Below are positions 20,676 to 30,438 of a DNA stretch of 64,000 nt, piece after piece. Location: contig JAWXAQ010000016.1 of NCBI GenBank assembly GCA_034439575.1, forward strand, positions 224,001 through 288,000. Direction: 5' to 3'. The DNA is from Leptospira sp. (GTDB lineage Bacteria > Spirochaetota > Leptospiria > Leptospirales > Leptospiraceae). The stretch's first letter is position 1. Every line of letters starts with the position of its first letter. The notes below the pieces were generated by a model. It had not been told where the DNA came from. It saw nothing but the letters and a program-made list of their open reading frames with translations, and ran no database searches. A program made the position numbers and the translations under genes.

Positions 20676-21737
20676 ATGATGGAATGGGAATTTTTAGGCT
20701 TTGTACTCATTGGTCTAACTTCGATCTGCTCCTATTTGTGGAAAATTGAACCGACTCTCCCCTATTCTTTTGAACCAGGAAAAAGGGATTCTCGGTTTGA
20801 TCAAATGCGAGGAATCGCAATGATCGGTATCGTCTGCATACATATACATTCTTATTTTCAATTTTTCCATGCCGGAGAAAAAAGTGTCATCACATGGACT
20901 TTGTTATTCTCAAATTTGAGCCGATTTTCAGTTCCAGTATTTATTTTTGGATCTGCTTTATATATTTCAAAAAAATCAAATTATTGGGCATCAAAGTTTT
21001 ATTCAATTATATTACCTTATACTATTGCCTCCGTCTTCGGATATTTTATAAAATATTCAAATTATTCAGCATCTGAGTTTTTTATCAAATTGATCATCGG
21101 AGATATATTTGCTCCTTACTACTTTGTTCCTTTACTATTACAATTTTATTTATTGTATGCTCTTCTCTCAACATTATTGATAAATGACGGAGTCCTTAAA
21201 AATATACTCTATGTTTCTATATTTTTAAATATTGTTTCAAATCTAAATTTATTGAATTTTATCCTACCCGAATGGTATCGAAGTATTTCTATATTTAATT
21301 ATATCGGATTTTTTGCTTTGGGTTTAAACATCCGAAATCCAAATAGAAAAAATTTCCCTTCTCAATTATTTTTTAAATTAATACTTTCCATTCTCACTTT
21401 TATTCTGATTATATTAATCGTCTTTTTCAGTTACAATGGATTAGATCTTAAGAATCACCATTTTATCTACCCGATTATAATTATATTTTTACTCAATTAT
21501 TTATTACCAAAAGAACCTAAACATTATTCTTTCAAAGTATTGGCCTTCATTGGGAAAAACAGTTTGTATATTTTTTTATTACACCCTTTCGTGATTCATT
21601 TTATGCATACATTTGACCCATTAACTTTTGGAAATCCTGTATTTGCCTATATGATGACCCTCTTGCTAAATATCGGAATTCCTTCGCTTTTCGCTTATTT
21701 AATTACATACCTGTCGGGAATTGTTTCAAATCGATAA
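20676..21737 (+). CDS. Acyltransferase-3 family membrane protein
   Basis: FDQMRGIAMIGIVCIH, RFSVPVF, YYFVPLLLQFY, SLYIFLLHP. Confidence 0.85.
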   Translation: MMEWEFLGFVLIGLTSICSYLWKIEPTLPYSFEPGKRDSRFDQMRGIAMIGIVCIHIHSYFQFFHAGEKSVITWTLLFSNLSRFSVPVFIFGSALYISKKSNYWASKFYSIILPYTIASVFGYFIKYSNYSASEFFIKLIIGDIFAPYYFVPLLLQFYLLYALLSTLLINDGVLKNILYVSIFLNIVSNLNLLNFILPEWYRSISIFNYIGFFALGLNIRNPNRKNFPSQLFFKLILSILTFILIILIVFFSYNGLDLKNHHFIYPIIIIFLLNYLLPKEPKHYSFKVLAFIGKNSLYIFLLHPFVIHFMHTFDPLTFGNPVFAYMMTLLLNIGIPSLFAYLITYLSGIVSNR

Positions 21738-22308
21738 CGCCACTTTCTCGGACAAGTTTTAATGCTTTAACATATTCGAGAAATACCCCAATTGTATAAT
21801 CTATTCTTGTTCTGATTCGCTCATCATCTTTATGTTCTGGTTCAGGTTGGTTTAATACTTTTTCGACATTTCTGACAATTACATGATCAGGGATATAAAC
21901 TATACGAGTATTCTTATAACTTGATGCTCTTAATTCTGAATTTGGATACGAGCCTCCCATACCTGAAGAAACTGTGACAATTAATCCTGGTTTGTGGGCT
22001 AAATCTCCAGCAGAAAAATACAAAAACATATTTTTAAGAGCAGGACTTGCCATGCCCGAGTACTCAGGGCAAAATATAATATATCCGTCAGAATCTAACA
22101 ATCCATTTGAATAAGATTTCCAAAATGATTTTATAGGTGATTCATCTTTCCACATTCCAGGTTCCCATATCGGAAGTGAATTTTCCCCCAAATCAAATAA
22201 ATTCAAATCAGAAATACCTTTTTCTAATAACCGACCTTTAAAATAATTGGCCGTTTTAGTTGATTGCGAATTTTTTCTGAGGCTACCAGAAATAAGTGAA
22301 ATTTTCAT
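21703..22308 (-). CDS. NADPH-dependent FMN reductase
   Basis: ISGSLRKNS, PEYSGMASPALKN. Confidence 0.9.
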   Translation of the reverse strand: MKISLISGSLRKNSQSTKTANYFKGRLLEKGISDLNLFDLGENSLPIWEPGMWKDESPIKSFWKSYSNGLLDSDGYIIFCPEYSGMASPALKNMFLYFSAGDLAHKPGLIVTVSSGMGGSYPNSELRASSYKNTRIVYIPDHVIVRNVEKVLNQPEPEHKDDERIRTRIDYTIGVFLEYVKALKLVRESGVIDLKQFPTGM

Positions 22309-22961
22309 TTCGGTCCACCGCCTTGATTCTTATTTCCTTTATAATGATTTTTCTTTTTGTTTTTCCAATTTCTATTCTGATTTCTATTAGGTTGGTTACC
22401 GTCTCTAGGACCCTTCTCTTTCAAGTATGTGCTTTCTCTTTTGTCCTGTTTTTTTTGTTCATGTTTTTCTCTTTGAGATTCTTTTTCTTTATAAAAGCGA
22501 AGTTTCTCATCTCCTTCTAACTCAATATAGCTAAATAAAAATCCAGATAAAATACTTATAACTCGCTCCCATTGTTTTTTATCTAGTTCCCCATAAACAG
22601 GATGTTCACCGAAAGGACCCGAATGCAGTTTGAATGCTGTTAGTGCCGTTTTTAATCTGTTCTCTGCATACTTCTCATCACCAGATTCACTCTTATTTGG
22701 GAAGCCATTTATCTGAGTTGCTTTTGTATAAACACCGATAGACATAAGTTTCGCAAATTTGTATTTCCCAATAAATCTATTCCATATTCCAACTGAACTT
22801 TTTAAACCTGCACTTTGAATTGAAGATTCAATAAAACTCCCGATGAAATCAAAAATTTGGAATATGCTTAAATCCATTTTAGATCTTTTTTGACAGGAAG
22901 TAATAATACTCAACTCGTATTCAACATCCGTTATCGTGCGTAATTTTTGCTGTGTTTTCAT
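22305..22961 (-). CDS. DUF1569/DinB-like protein with basic low-complexity tail
   Basis: EHPVYGELDKKQWER; K/N/Q-rich C-terminus. Confidence 0.55.
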   Translation of the reverse strand: MKTQQKLRTITDVEYELSIITSCQKRSKMDLSIFQIFDFIGSFIESSIQSAGLKSSVGIWNRFIGKYKFAKLMSIGVYTKATQINGFPNKSESGDEKYAENRLKTALTAFKLHSGPFGEHPVYGELDKKQWERVISILSGFLFSYIELEGDEKLRFYKEKESQREKHEQKKQDKRESTYLKEKGPRDGNQPNRNQNRNWKNKKKNHYKGNKNQGGGPK

Positions 22962-22971
22962 TTAAATCCTC

Positions 22972-23676
22972 TCATTTAATTCCATATTTCTTTTTTAATG
23001 TAGAAAATTCCTTTTGAAAGTTTTCTCTAGCCTTAGTCGATAAATTACTCAAATCAAGGGTAACGGCGATTTTGGTTTTGCTAAGAGGTGAAATCATTTC
23101 ACCCCCCCTATTTTCTTTACGTTTCAAAATTTCTTCTAAATTTTTAACAGAAGGCGGTTTTCCAGCAATGATTAGTTCCATTACCGATTTTTGATCCAAT
23201 CTCGCAATCGAACTAAGTTGTTTTATATATCTTGCTGAATATCCTAAAAGAACGGAAACTTCTTCAGCAGTTTTCTTTTTATCTTTTCTTAAGAATTGTA
23301 TGGCGCGACCAACTTCCCAAGGATTCAAGTTTTTTCTTTTTTCATTTTCTGCGAGAGACATTTCATAACAGACGTCTTCGTCAGCTTCTGTAATAATTGC
23401 CGGTATCTGTTTCCAGCCCAATTTTATTGCAGCACGATATCTTCTTTCTCCCGCTACTACAATAAATTTGTTTTTTTCTCTTCTAACAAGAATGGGTTCG
23501 ATTAATCCTAATCTTTCCATAGACTGAACTAAATCCTCCACTTCCTCCCGACCGATTAGTCTAGGTTGTGTTGGATTAGGAAAAATATTAGATAATTCCA
23601 ATGCGGAGGGGTTTTGCTTTTTTTCGGTATAAGCAGAAATTAAATCTAAGGCGCGGAATTCACTTTTTTTGGACAC
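22972..23676 (-). CDS. parB: ParB/RepB/Spo0J family partition protein (locus 2)
   Basis: PNPTQPR, GLIEPILV, VVAGERRYRA, ENEKRKNL, HTH. Confidence 0.93.
   Translation of the reverse strand: MSKKSEFRALDLISAYTEKKQNPSALELSNIFPNPTQPRLIGREEVEDLVQSMERLGLIEPILVRREKNKFIVVAGERRYRAAIKLGWKQIPAIITEADEDVCYEMSLAENEKRKNLNPWEVGRAIQFLRKDKKKTAEEVSVLLGYSARYIKQLSSIARLDQKSVMELIIAGKPPSVKNLEEILKRKENRGGEMISPLSKTKIAVTLDLSNLSTKARENFQKEFSTLKKKYGIK
23087..23103. promoter_or_regulatory. Palindromic parS candidate inside parB
   Basis: GGTGAAAT-C-ATTTCACC, same core as the 24640-24680 inverted repeat. Confidence 0.55.
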
Positions 23677-24586
23677 TTACTTTCTCCTTAACTTCAATTG
23701 CTAATTCTTTGAAATTTTTAAGAGTGACATTGTCAGTTTTTGCGAGAGATGTCATCTTTGCTTGTGCCTGCGGTATAGATTCTCTACGATAAATTACAGT
23801 ATCAAACACCGGAAAATATTTCTTGATTCCATCAGCTAATCCAGATAGAGCTTTTTGTGCCTCAAATTGATTTAACACAGCACCAAGCAGTTTTAGTCTT
23901 TGGTTTGCTTTCTTTTGAATTTTAAGAATTGTTTCATGCAAATCTTTAATCCCTTGTAAACTAAAAGCCCGAGTCTGTATAGGCACGATAATGTAATCTG
24001 CCGCAATAAGTGCGTTTTCAAGTATCAATCCCAGGGAAGGTGGGCAATCGATTATGATATATTCATATTCAGATCGTATAGGCAAAAGGGCTTCCGCCAA
24101 TAATTCAAAATCGTCTCTTTCGTATGGTGTGGTCAAATTAGCAAGTTCCAACGTAGAGGGCAAAAGATCTAAATTCGGTGCTACATTTCTTATTATACTT
24201 TTTAATGTTTTAGATTTCCTTCCACGATAACCAAGGCAATCCATAACAGACGGAATGTCTTCTTTTAAATACAATTGGGTCGCATTCGCTTGAGGATCCC
24301 AATCTACTAACAAAACTTTATGGTCTAAAGCAAGTGCTTCGGACAAATATAAACTAATTGTGGTTTTTCCTTCGCCACCTTTTTGGTTGGAAACAGCGAT
24401 AATACTCGAATCAAAATAATCTTCTGCTGCCACAATAAAGTATTTTTTCAATACTCCACCTTTAAATTTTCCTAATTTAATTCCTGGAATTTTCAGCGTT
24501 TTGGCTTGGTCCAAAAATGCAGCCAATTCTAACTTTAATAATTTTGCAGCTTCTTCGGAATGATATTCTATTTGGTCTTCAATCAT
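23660..24586 (-). CDS. parA: ParA family ATPase with N-terminal extension (locus 2)
   Basis: NQKGGEGKTT, VDWDPQANAT, IIDCPPSLG. Confidence 0.93.
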   Translation of the reverse strand: MIEDQIEYHSEEAAKLLKLELAAFLDQAKTLKIPGIKLGKFKGGVLKKYFIVAAEDYFDSSIIAVSNQKGGEGKTTISLYLSEALALDHKVLLVDWDPQANATQLYLKEDIPSVMDCLGYRGRKSKTLKSIIRNVAPNLDLLPSTLELANLTTPYERDDFELLAEALLPIRSEYEYIIIDCPPSLGLILENALIAADYIIVPIQTRAFSLQGIKDLHETILKIQKKANQRLKLLGAVLNQFEAQKALSGLADGIKKYFPVFDTVIYRRESIPQAQAKMTSLAKTDNVTLKNFKELAIEVKEKVSVQKK

Positions 24587-24639
24587 ACTTTTCCATTTTT
24601 AAATTCTTAAATTTAATACTTACTGTCAATTTAATTATG

Positions 24640-24680
24640 TCTCATCAAGGGGGTGAAATCACTTCACCCCCTTGATGAGA
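24640..24680. promoter_or_regulatory. Perfect 18-bp inverted repeat upstream of parA; parS/operator candidate
   Basis: TCTCATCAAGGGGGTGAA-ATCAC-TTCACCCCCTTGATGAGA. Confidence 0.65.
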
Positions 24681-24717
24681 ATGAATTTACATAAATAAGT
24701 GTTTCAAAATCATATAT

Positions 24718-25761
24718 TTGGTGTACAAATTTCTCCTATTTTTCGCCTTTCTATTTTTAATTTTAAAAACCTTTCCTCTCCAATCTGAAGTTATTTGGGG
24801 ACCGGCCATTGAACGCAGTGGTGGTGAGTATATATTTGAAACTGGCAATCGATTTCCTAACCTTTCCGGGATTCGAGGTGGATCAAGGATCACTTTCCCG
24901 AGAAATGTTACACAGTTTGGATTAAATGCTGCTTATATTGATAATAAGTGGGAGATCAGAGGTGCCGCGAAAACTAGTGGCTGGACACAGAATTCGGGTC
25001 AAGGGCGAGATGAAGACTTTGTGATGGGCAATACTTCGCAAGAAAAAACCACTCAGATAGCCACTAAAGAATGGTCATATTACGATACAGGGCATATATA
25101 TTCTGGAACGAGAAACTTTGCAGATGGAATTGGAAAATCATCAATACGGCAAGATTTAATTGAAGGATTTGGCAGAGTTTATTTCCAATCTGCGAAAGCT
25201 GATTATTGGGAACAGGGCAGTGGGTTATTCCTAACGACAGGATTCCGCTATAGCTATTTTAAATATTTATTATACGATGTTAATCAATTCATAGATTCGC
25301 GTCCAATTTTTTATGGCCCTATCGGAATTGGTCTTACTCTTTCAAATAATCTTTATGAATTTTTCTATGGGTTTGGATATAGGCACTCATTTGAAAATTT
25401 TTATATGGATTTTACATTTACCCCATCCATAGGACGAATCAAAACAAGAGACTTCCACATTCAAAGATCTATAAATTTCCTTTCAGATAATTACGGATAT
25501 GGTTGGCAGTCAAAAATGGAGGTTGGTTACAAAATTACAGATACATGGCTTAGTTATGTAAATTTGTCTCACCGTAGATTTTTTTCCGAAGGGAGGTTTA
25601 CTGCAAGGGGTGGACTATCCAGAGAAGATGTACTCTCAAATTTTGTTGGGGGATTCAAATCTCATATTAATATAAAAGATTTTTCCATAGAACTCGGTTT
25701 TTTGAACAAGATAGATTGGAAAAAAACAGAAAATCCATCCGAGTTACCAACAGAACAATGA
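24718..25761 (+). CDS. Outer-membrane beta-barrel, omptin-like
   Basis: Signal peptide, aromatic beta-strand pattern, GRDEDF (D-x-D) and RDFHIQR (D-x-H) resembling omptin catalytic pairs. Confidence 0.6.
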   Translation: MVYKFLLFFAFLFLILKTFPLQSEVIWGPAIERSGGEYIFETGNRFPNLSGIRGGSRITFPRNVTQFGLNAAYIDNKWEIRGAAKTSGWTQNSGQGRDEDFVMGNTSQEKTTQIATKEWSYYDTGHIYSGTRNFADGIGKSSIRQDLIEGFGRVYFQSAKADYWEQGSGLFLTTGFRYSYFKYLLYDVNQFIDSRPIFYGPIGIGLTLSNNLYEFFYGFGYRHSFENFYMDFTFTPSIGRIKTRDFHIQRSINFLSDNYGYGWQSKMEVGYKITDTWLSYVNLSHRRFFSEGRFTARGGLSREDVLSNFVGGFKSHINIKDFSIELGFLNKIDWKKTENPSELPTEQ

Positions 25762-26462
25762 ATAAAATATTAAAATATCCTGATTTAGGCTATGAATGTG
25801 AAATCAAACTAAGCACAGGAAAAAATGTAACTCTTTCAGTTTACCCAAACAATAGAATTGTAATTAGATCACCGAAAAGAGTATCTTTGAACTTTATAAA
25901 TGAATTTTTATTGGAACGCAAATCCTGGGTTCAAAAACAATATCTCAAAAATAAAAGAGAGAATCCGCAAAAAACAAAATTTAATGAAGGCGAAATACTT
26001 CCTATTTTTGGAGCAAATAGAACTGTCACTTTTTCACTTACTGAAGCCAACCAAATTACACCTGATAAATTTATATTAAATATTCGGAGTTTGAGAACAG
26101 AAAACGGAAGGAAAAAAAGAGCTTTAAGTTTTCTTAAATCTGAATTAATTAAACAGGCTGTTCCCACAATTGAACATGGAACAAAAAAAATCGGGACTAA
26201 AAAGTATTCATTAAAAATTAAATCGATGAAATCATTATGGGGAAGTTGCAGTCCAAAAAACCAAATTACTTTAAATCTAGCACTCGTGTTTTGTCCAATT
26301 TTCGTTATACATTATGTTATCCTCCATGAAGTCGCACATACGATAGAACTTAATCATTCTAAAAATTTTTGGAAGCTTCTTGAAACATTAGATCCAAAAT
26401 TTAAAAATGCGGAAAAATGGATCAAAGAAAGTGGCAAAAAAGTTCTCTGTTTTCTATTTTAG
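25758..26462 (+). CDS. YgjP/DUF45-family zinc metallohydrolase
   Basis: MKSLWGSCS, YVILHEVAH, NHSKNFW; ATGA overlap with the upstream gene. Confidence 0.88.
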   Translation: MNKILKYPDLGYECEIKLSTGKNVTLSVYPNNRIVIRSPKRVSLNFINEFLLERKSWVQKQYLKNKRENPQKTKFNEGEILPIFGANRTVTFSLTEANQITPDKFILNIRSLRTENGRKKRALSFLKSELIKQAVPTIEHGTKKIGTKKYSLKIKSMKSLWGSCSPKNQITLNLALVFCPIFVIHYVILHEVAHTIELNHSKNFWKLLETLDPKFKNAEKWIKESGKKVLCFLF

Positions 26463-26470
26463 AAACATAT

Positions 26471-26986
26471 ATGTTAACTCCTCCGCATAAAATTTCTGTT
26501 TTATTTGTTTGTTTGGGTAATATTTGTAGGTCACCAGCAGCTGAAGGTAGTTTTAAAAAATTAGTAAAAGATGAGAATATAAATGAATACTTTATAATAG
26601 ATTCGGCAGGAACTTCCGGTTTTCATGATGGCGAATTGCCGGACATTCGAACTCGAATGGTTGCTAAAAAGCGGGGTATCATTCTTGATCATAAATCTCG
26701 AAAATTTATTCCAGATGACTTCAAACATTTTGATTATATCTTGGCAATGGATAACTCAAATCATGAAACAATTTTAAAAATTGCAACTAACATAGAGCAA
26801 AGAGAAAAAGTATTCCTTTTTCGAAATTTTGAAAATATAAATGCACGACTTCCCGTTCCTGATCCTTATTATGAAAACGAACAATTTTTTGAAACAGTAC
26901 AGGATATTGTAGAAAATGCTTCTAAAGCATTCTTGAATTTTTTAAAACAAAAGTATAAATTTTTGGATAAGGTAAATGCAGAATAA
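26471..26986 (+). CDS. Low-molecular-weight protein-tyrosine phosphatase
   Basis: VCLGNICRSP, DSAGT, DPYY. Confidence 0.95.
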   Translation: MLTPPHKISVLFVCLGNICRSPAAEGSFKKLVKDENINEYFIIDSAGTSGFHDGELPDIRTRMVAKKRGIILDHKSRKFIPDDFKHFDYILAMDNSNHETILKIATNIEQREKVFLFRNFENINARLPVPDPYYENEQFFETVQDIVENASKAFLNFLKQKYKFLDKVNAE

Positions 26987-28244
26987 AACAAAGGTTATCG
27001 TTATTGGAGCTGGCTTCGGTGGATTGCAAGTTATTAAAACATTAGCAAACAGAAAAGAATTTGAAGTCACGGTTTTTGATAAAAAAAATCATCATTTATT
27101 CCAACCATTACTCTACCAAGTAGCTACGGCCGTATTATCTCCTGCTGATATCGCAATCCCAGCACGATCTATAACTACGAATTATAAAAACGTAAAAATA
27201 CTGATGGGTGAGGTTGTACAAATTGATTTTGAAAACAAATTTGTTCATTATTCAGAATCAAAGGAACCTTATGACTACCTTGTTATAGCAACGGGGGCTC
27301 AAACTAGTTATTTCGGAAATGATAATTGGAAAAATTTTACTTTTGGTTTAAAAAATCTCAAAGATGCACTTGGCATAAGGCGCAAAATTCTTATTTCATT
27401 TGAACAAGCTGAAATTTCAGGAGACCCCGAAATAGCAAAACAATTGCTAAATTATGTTATCATTGGCGGTGGACCCACCGGAGTTGAACTTGCAGGATCT
27501 ATCGCAGAATTATCAAGATATAGCATCCGCCAAGATTTTAGAGTTATCGATTCAGCAATGACCAAAGTTACTTTGATTGAAGCAGGACCAAGGCTCTTAT
27601 CCAACTTCAATGAAAGTCTGAGCTCATTTACAAAAACACAATTAGAAAAAAGGGGAGTAGAAGTCCTAATCAACTCACCAGTGATTGACATTGACGGGAC
27701 TGGTGTGACTTTAAAAGACAGAAAGATTCATTCAAAAACTATAATATGGGCAGCTGGAGTTGAAGCTGCGAACCTAACAAAACTATTGCCATTTGAAAAA
27801 GATAAATCTGGACGTATCCATGTGGATGAATTTTGCCGAATCAATACAAATAATGATATTTTTGTTATTGGCGATTCTGCACATTTTTCCAAAAATCTAG
27901 AACGTCCCTTACCAGGAGTCTCACCAGTTGCCATGCAACAAGGAAGATATGTTGCTCGTTATATGATCGATAGCATTAAAAAACGTGAATCTAAACCATT
28001 CGTTTATTTTGATAAAGGAAATATGGCGACGATAGGACGAAATGATGCCGTTGCCGAATTTGGTCCATTCAAACTCAAAGGATTTATTGGTTGGTTAGCT
28101 TGGTTATTTGTTCACCTTGTATACCAAGTAGGATTCAAAAATAAATTGAGTACACTGATAAGCTGGATTTGGAGCTATATCACTGTCCGAGCTGGTGCCA
28201 GATTGATTCAGGAAGAGATAAGTTCTGATAACAAAATAGTTTAA
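26976..28244 (+). CDS. ndh: Type II NADH dehydrogenase
   Basis: GAGFGG, FQPLLYQVATA, GGGPTGVELAG, KGNMATIGR. Confidence 0.92.
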   Translation: MQNKTKVIVIGAGFGGLQVIKTLANRKEFEVTVFDKKNHHLFQPLLYQVATAVLSPADIAIPARSITTNYKNVKILMGEVVQIDFENKFVHYSESKEPYDYLVIATGAQTSYFGNDNWKNFTFGLKNLKDALGIRRKILISFEQAEISGDPEIAKQLLNYVIIGGGPTGVELAGSIAELSRYSIRQDFRVIDSAMTKVTLIEAGPRLLSNFNESLSSFTKTQLEKRGVEVLINSPVIDIDGTGVTLKDRKIHSKTIIWAAGVEAANLTKLLPFEKDKSGRIHVDEFCRINTNNDIFVIGDSAHFSKNLERPLPGVSPVAMQQGRYVARYMIDSIKKRESKPFVYFDKGNMATIGRNDAVAEFGPFKLKGFIGWLAWLFVHLVYQVGFKNKLSTLISWIWSYITVRAGARLIQEEISSDNKIV

Positions 28245-28486
28245 TTTGATCGGAGATTGTATTTGTTTTTGCCAGCCTTTGCATTACACCTAATGTCCGT
28301 ATATTCGGCAACAAGAGCATAGGTTGACTCTGCTAATGCTCTGTCAGTACTCACAGAATGTCTGTCTAATAACGGAATCATATATTGATAGGTGCGTTCC
28401 CTTTGGTTTTTACATTCACTTTTCATTTGATCTTCACGGGAAAGCATGCAAGAAAAGAGAAAAATTAAAAATATGCTATTTCTCAT
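28241..28486 (-). CDS. Small lipoprotein, hypothetical
   Basis: MRNSIFLIFLFSC spirochaetal lipobox-like N-terminus. Confidence 0.6.
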   Translation of the reverse strand: MRNSIFLIFLFSCMLSREDQMKSECKNQRERTYQYMIPLLDRHSVSTDRALAESTYALVAEYTDIRCNAKAGKNKYNLRSN

Positions 28487-28490
28487 CCCT

Positions 28491-28922
28491 TTATTTTTCA
28501 GATTCAATCATACCTTGTAATTCTTCGAATAACTTTAGTTCGGAGGCAGAAAGTTCTGCTTTATGGTCTTGCACGATTAATAAATCTGTGTTTGCTTTTG
28601 TGTATTGAGCTTTTTTATATTCAGGTTTATGAGTAACTTTTAAAGCAAGATCTCCTTTATAACCAGTATCTCCATTGGCTTCGCGGATAAGCGAATTGGC
28701 GCGTAACAAATTAACTTTTGTTTTTTTGGAAATTCCATCTTTATCACTTACTAAGACTAGCGCTTCATCATAGAGTGAGATTTTTTTTCTGTGAATGTCA
28801 GTTTTCTCAGCAAGAGTTATACATTCGTTGAATGATTTACATAATTTTTTCGGGGCAGGGTCTTTTGCAACTAGTCCTAAAGAGATATTTATAAGAAGGC
28901 TAAATAGCAGAATTATTTTCAT
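28491..28922 (-). CDS. Hypothetical exported protein
   Basis: Signal peptide; helical 143-aa ORF. Confidence 0.65.
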   Translation of the reverse strand: MKIILLFSLLINISLGLVAKDPAPKKLCKSFNECITLAEKTDIHRKKISLYDEALVLVSDKDGISKKTKVNLLRANSLIREANGDTGYKGDLALKVTHKPEYKKAQYTKANTDLLIVQDHKAELSASELKLFEELQGMIESEK

Positions 28923-29004
28923 TCATATAAAATCCTTTTGCGATGAAAACATTCAATCATTTTTATTTGTTTTACACATCTCTACGTACCATGAGGCTAT
29001 CTAT

Positions 29005-29844
29005 ATGGGTCAAATTTCAATAAAAACGAAATTTCATAATATCGAAGGTTTGGAATGGGGAAATCCTAGCGGAAAAACGATTCTTGCCTTTCATGGATGG
29101 CTAGACAATGCAAATACTTTTGCCCCATTAGCTGAGCACTTTCCAGATTATAGATTCATAGCGATCGATTTTCCAGGTCATGGTAAATCAAGTCATAAAC
29201 CAGAAGGAACCATTTATCATTTTGTGGAATACGCAGTTGAAATTATTGCCATTGCGGAAGCTTTAAATTTAAAAAATTTTATACTTATGGGGCATTCGAT
29301 GGGTGCCGCCATATCCACATTAGTTGCTGGTCTTGGATTACTTGAAATCGATAAATTAGTATTAATCGAAGCATTAGGCCCAATTTCAAGTGAAGCACAT
29401 AACGCACCTGATATCATGAGAGATTCAATCAAACAAATACTTCATCCAAGGGGCAAAAAGGAAACTTTTTTTCCGAATTGGGAATCAGCGATTGCGATTC
29501 GAATGCGTGCAGGTGATATGAAAGTTGAATCGGTTGAAAAACTTATGGAACGAGGACTTGAAAAAGGGCCAAAGGGATTAAAACCAAGGCGAGATTTACG
29601 ACTTCATTATAATTCTTTGTACAGACTAACAGAAAGTAATGTGATGGCATTTTGTGAAAGAATATCTTGTCCCACACTCTTGATATTAGGCGATAACTCA
29701 ATGTATCCGATATCACAAATCTTTGAAGGAAGAAAAAAGGCCGTCAAAAATTTAAAAGAAGTAATTCTTCCAGGTGGCCATCATCTTCATTTAGATGATC
29801 CAGACACAACAGCAAAGGAAATCAAAAACTTTCTCAACACATAA
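29005..29844 (+). CDS. Alpha/beta hydrolase
   Basis: HGWLDNA, DFPGHGKS, GHSMGA nucleophile elbow, GGHHLH. Confidence 0.92.
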   Translation: MGQISIKTKFHNIEGLEWGNPSGKTILAFHGWLDNANTFAPLAEHFPDYRFIAIDFPGHGKSSHKPEGTIYHFVEYAVEIIAIAEALNLKNFILMGHSMGAAISTLVAGLGLLEIDKLVLIEALGPISSEAHNAPDIMRDSIKQILHPRGKKETFFPNWESAIAIRMRAGDMKVESVEKLMERGLEKGPKGLKPRRDLRLHYNSLYRLTESNVMAFCERISCPTLLILGDNSMYPISQIFEGRKKAVKNLKEVILPGGHHLHLDDPDTTAKEIKNFLNT

Positions 29845-29895
29845 TCATTGCAATATGATCTATAATTTTTATTAAAATTTCGAAGGAATCAATGA

Positions 29896-30438
29896 ATGGA
29901 AATAAAAGAAATTCAAGCCTCAAAACATGGATCGGAAATACATCACAGTACTTGTTTCGGTTGTGGTAAAGATAACCCACTCGGTTTATCTGCCGATTTT
30001 ACTTTTGATGATGAGAGTGGTGAAGTGAAGTTTATCTATAATTTTAAAAAAATGTTCAATGGTGCACCCACATTCGTGCATGGCGGGATCTTATCTACGT
30101 TACTCGATGAAGCCATGGGGGATCTTTGTTTCCATCTGGGCTACATCGTAATGACAGACACTATGGGATTTAAATTTCACAAAGCTACTCCAGTAGAAAA
30201 AGATTTACTTGTCCGTGCTTGGCCTATTAAAAAGGCAAAACGAAAGGTATTTTTAGAATCTGAAATCACATCCCTAAATGGAGAAGTTCTTTATGTAAAA
30301 GGTGAGGGTGCATTTCATATTTTACCTCCACGTTTTTTTTCTGAGAAACTTACCGGAGAAAAAAACTCAGTTGCCTTTGATTTATTATCTGTTAATAAAT
30401 TGAAACGTGCCCATTTATTTGATAGGATAAGCTCATGA
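29896..30438 (+). CDS. PaaI family thioesterase
   Basis: CFGCG..NPLGL, HGGILSTLLDEAMG. Confidence 0.9.
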   Translation: MEIKEIQASKHGSEIHHSTCFGCGKDNPLGLSADFTFDDESGEVKFIYNFKKMFNGAPTFVHGGILSTLLDEAMGDLCFHLGYIVMTDTMGFKFHKATPVEKDLLVRAWPIKKAKRKVFLESEITSLNGEVLYVKGEGAFHILPPRFFSEKLTGEKNSVAFDLLSVNKLKRAHLFDRISS

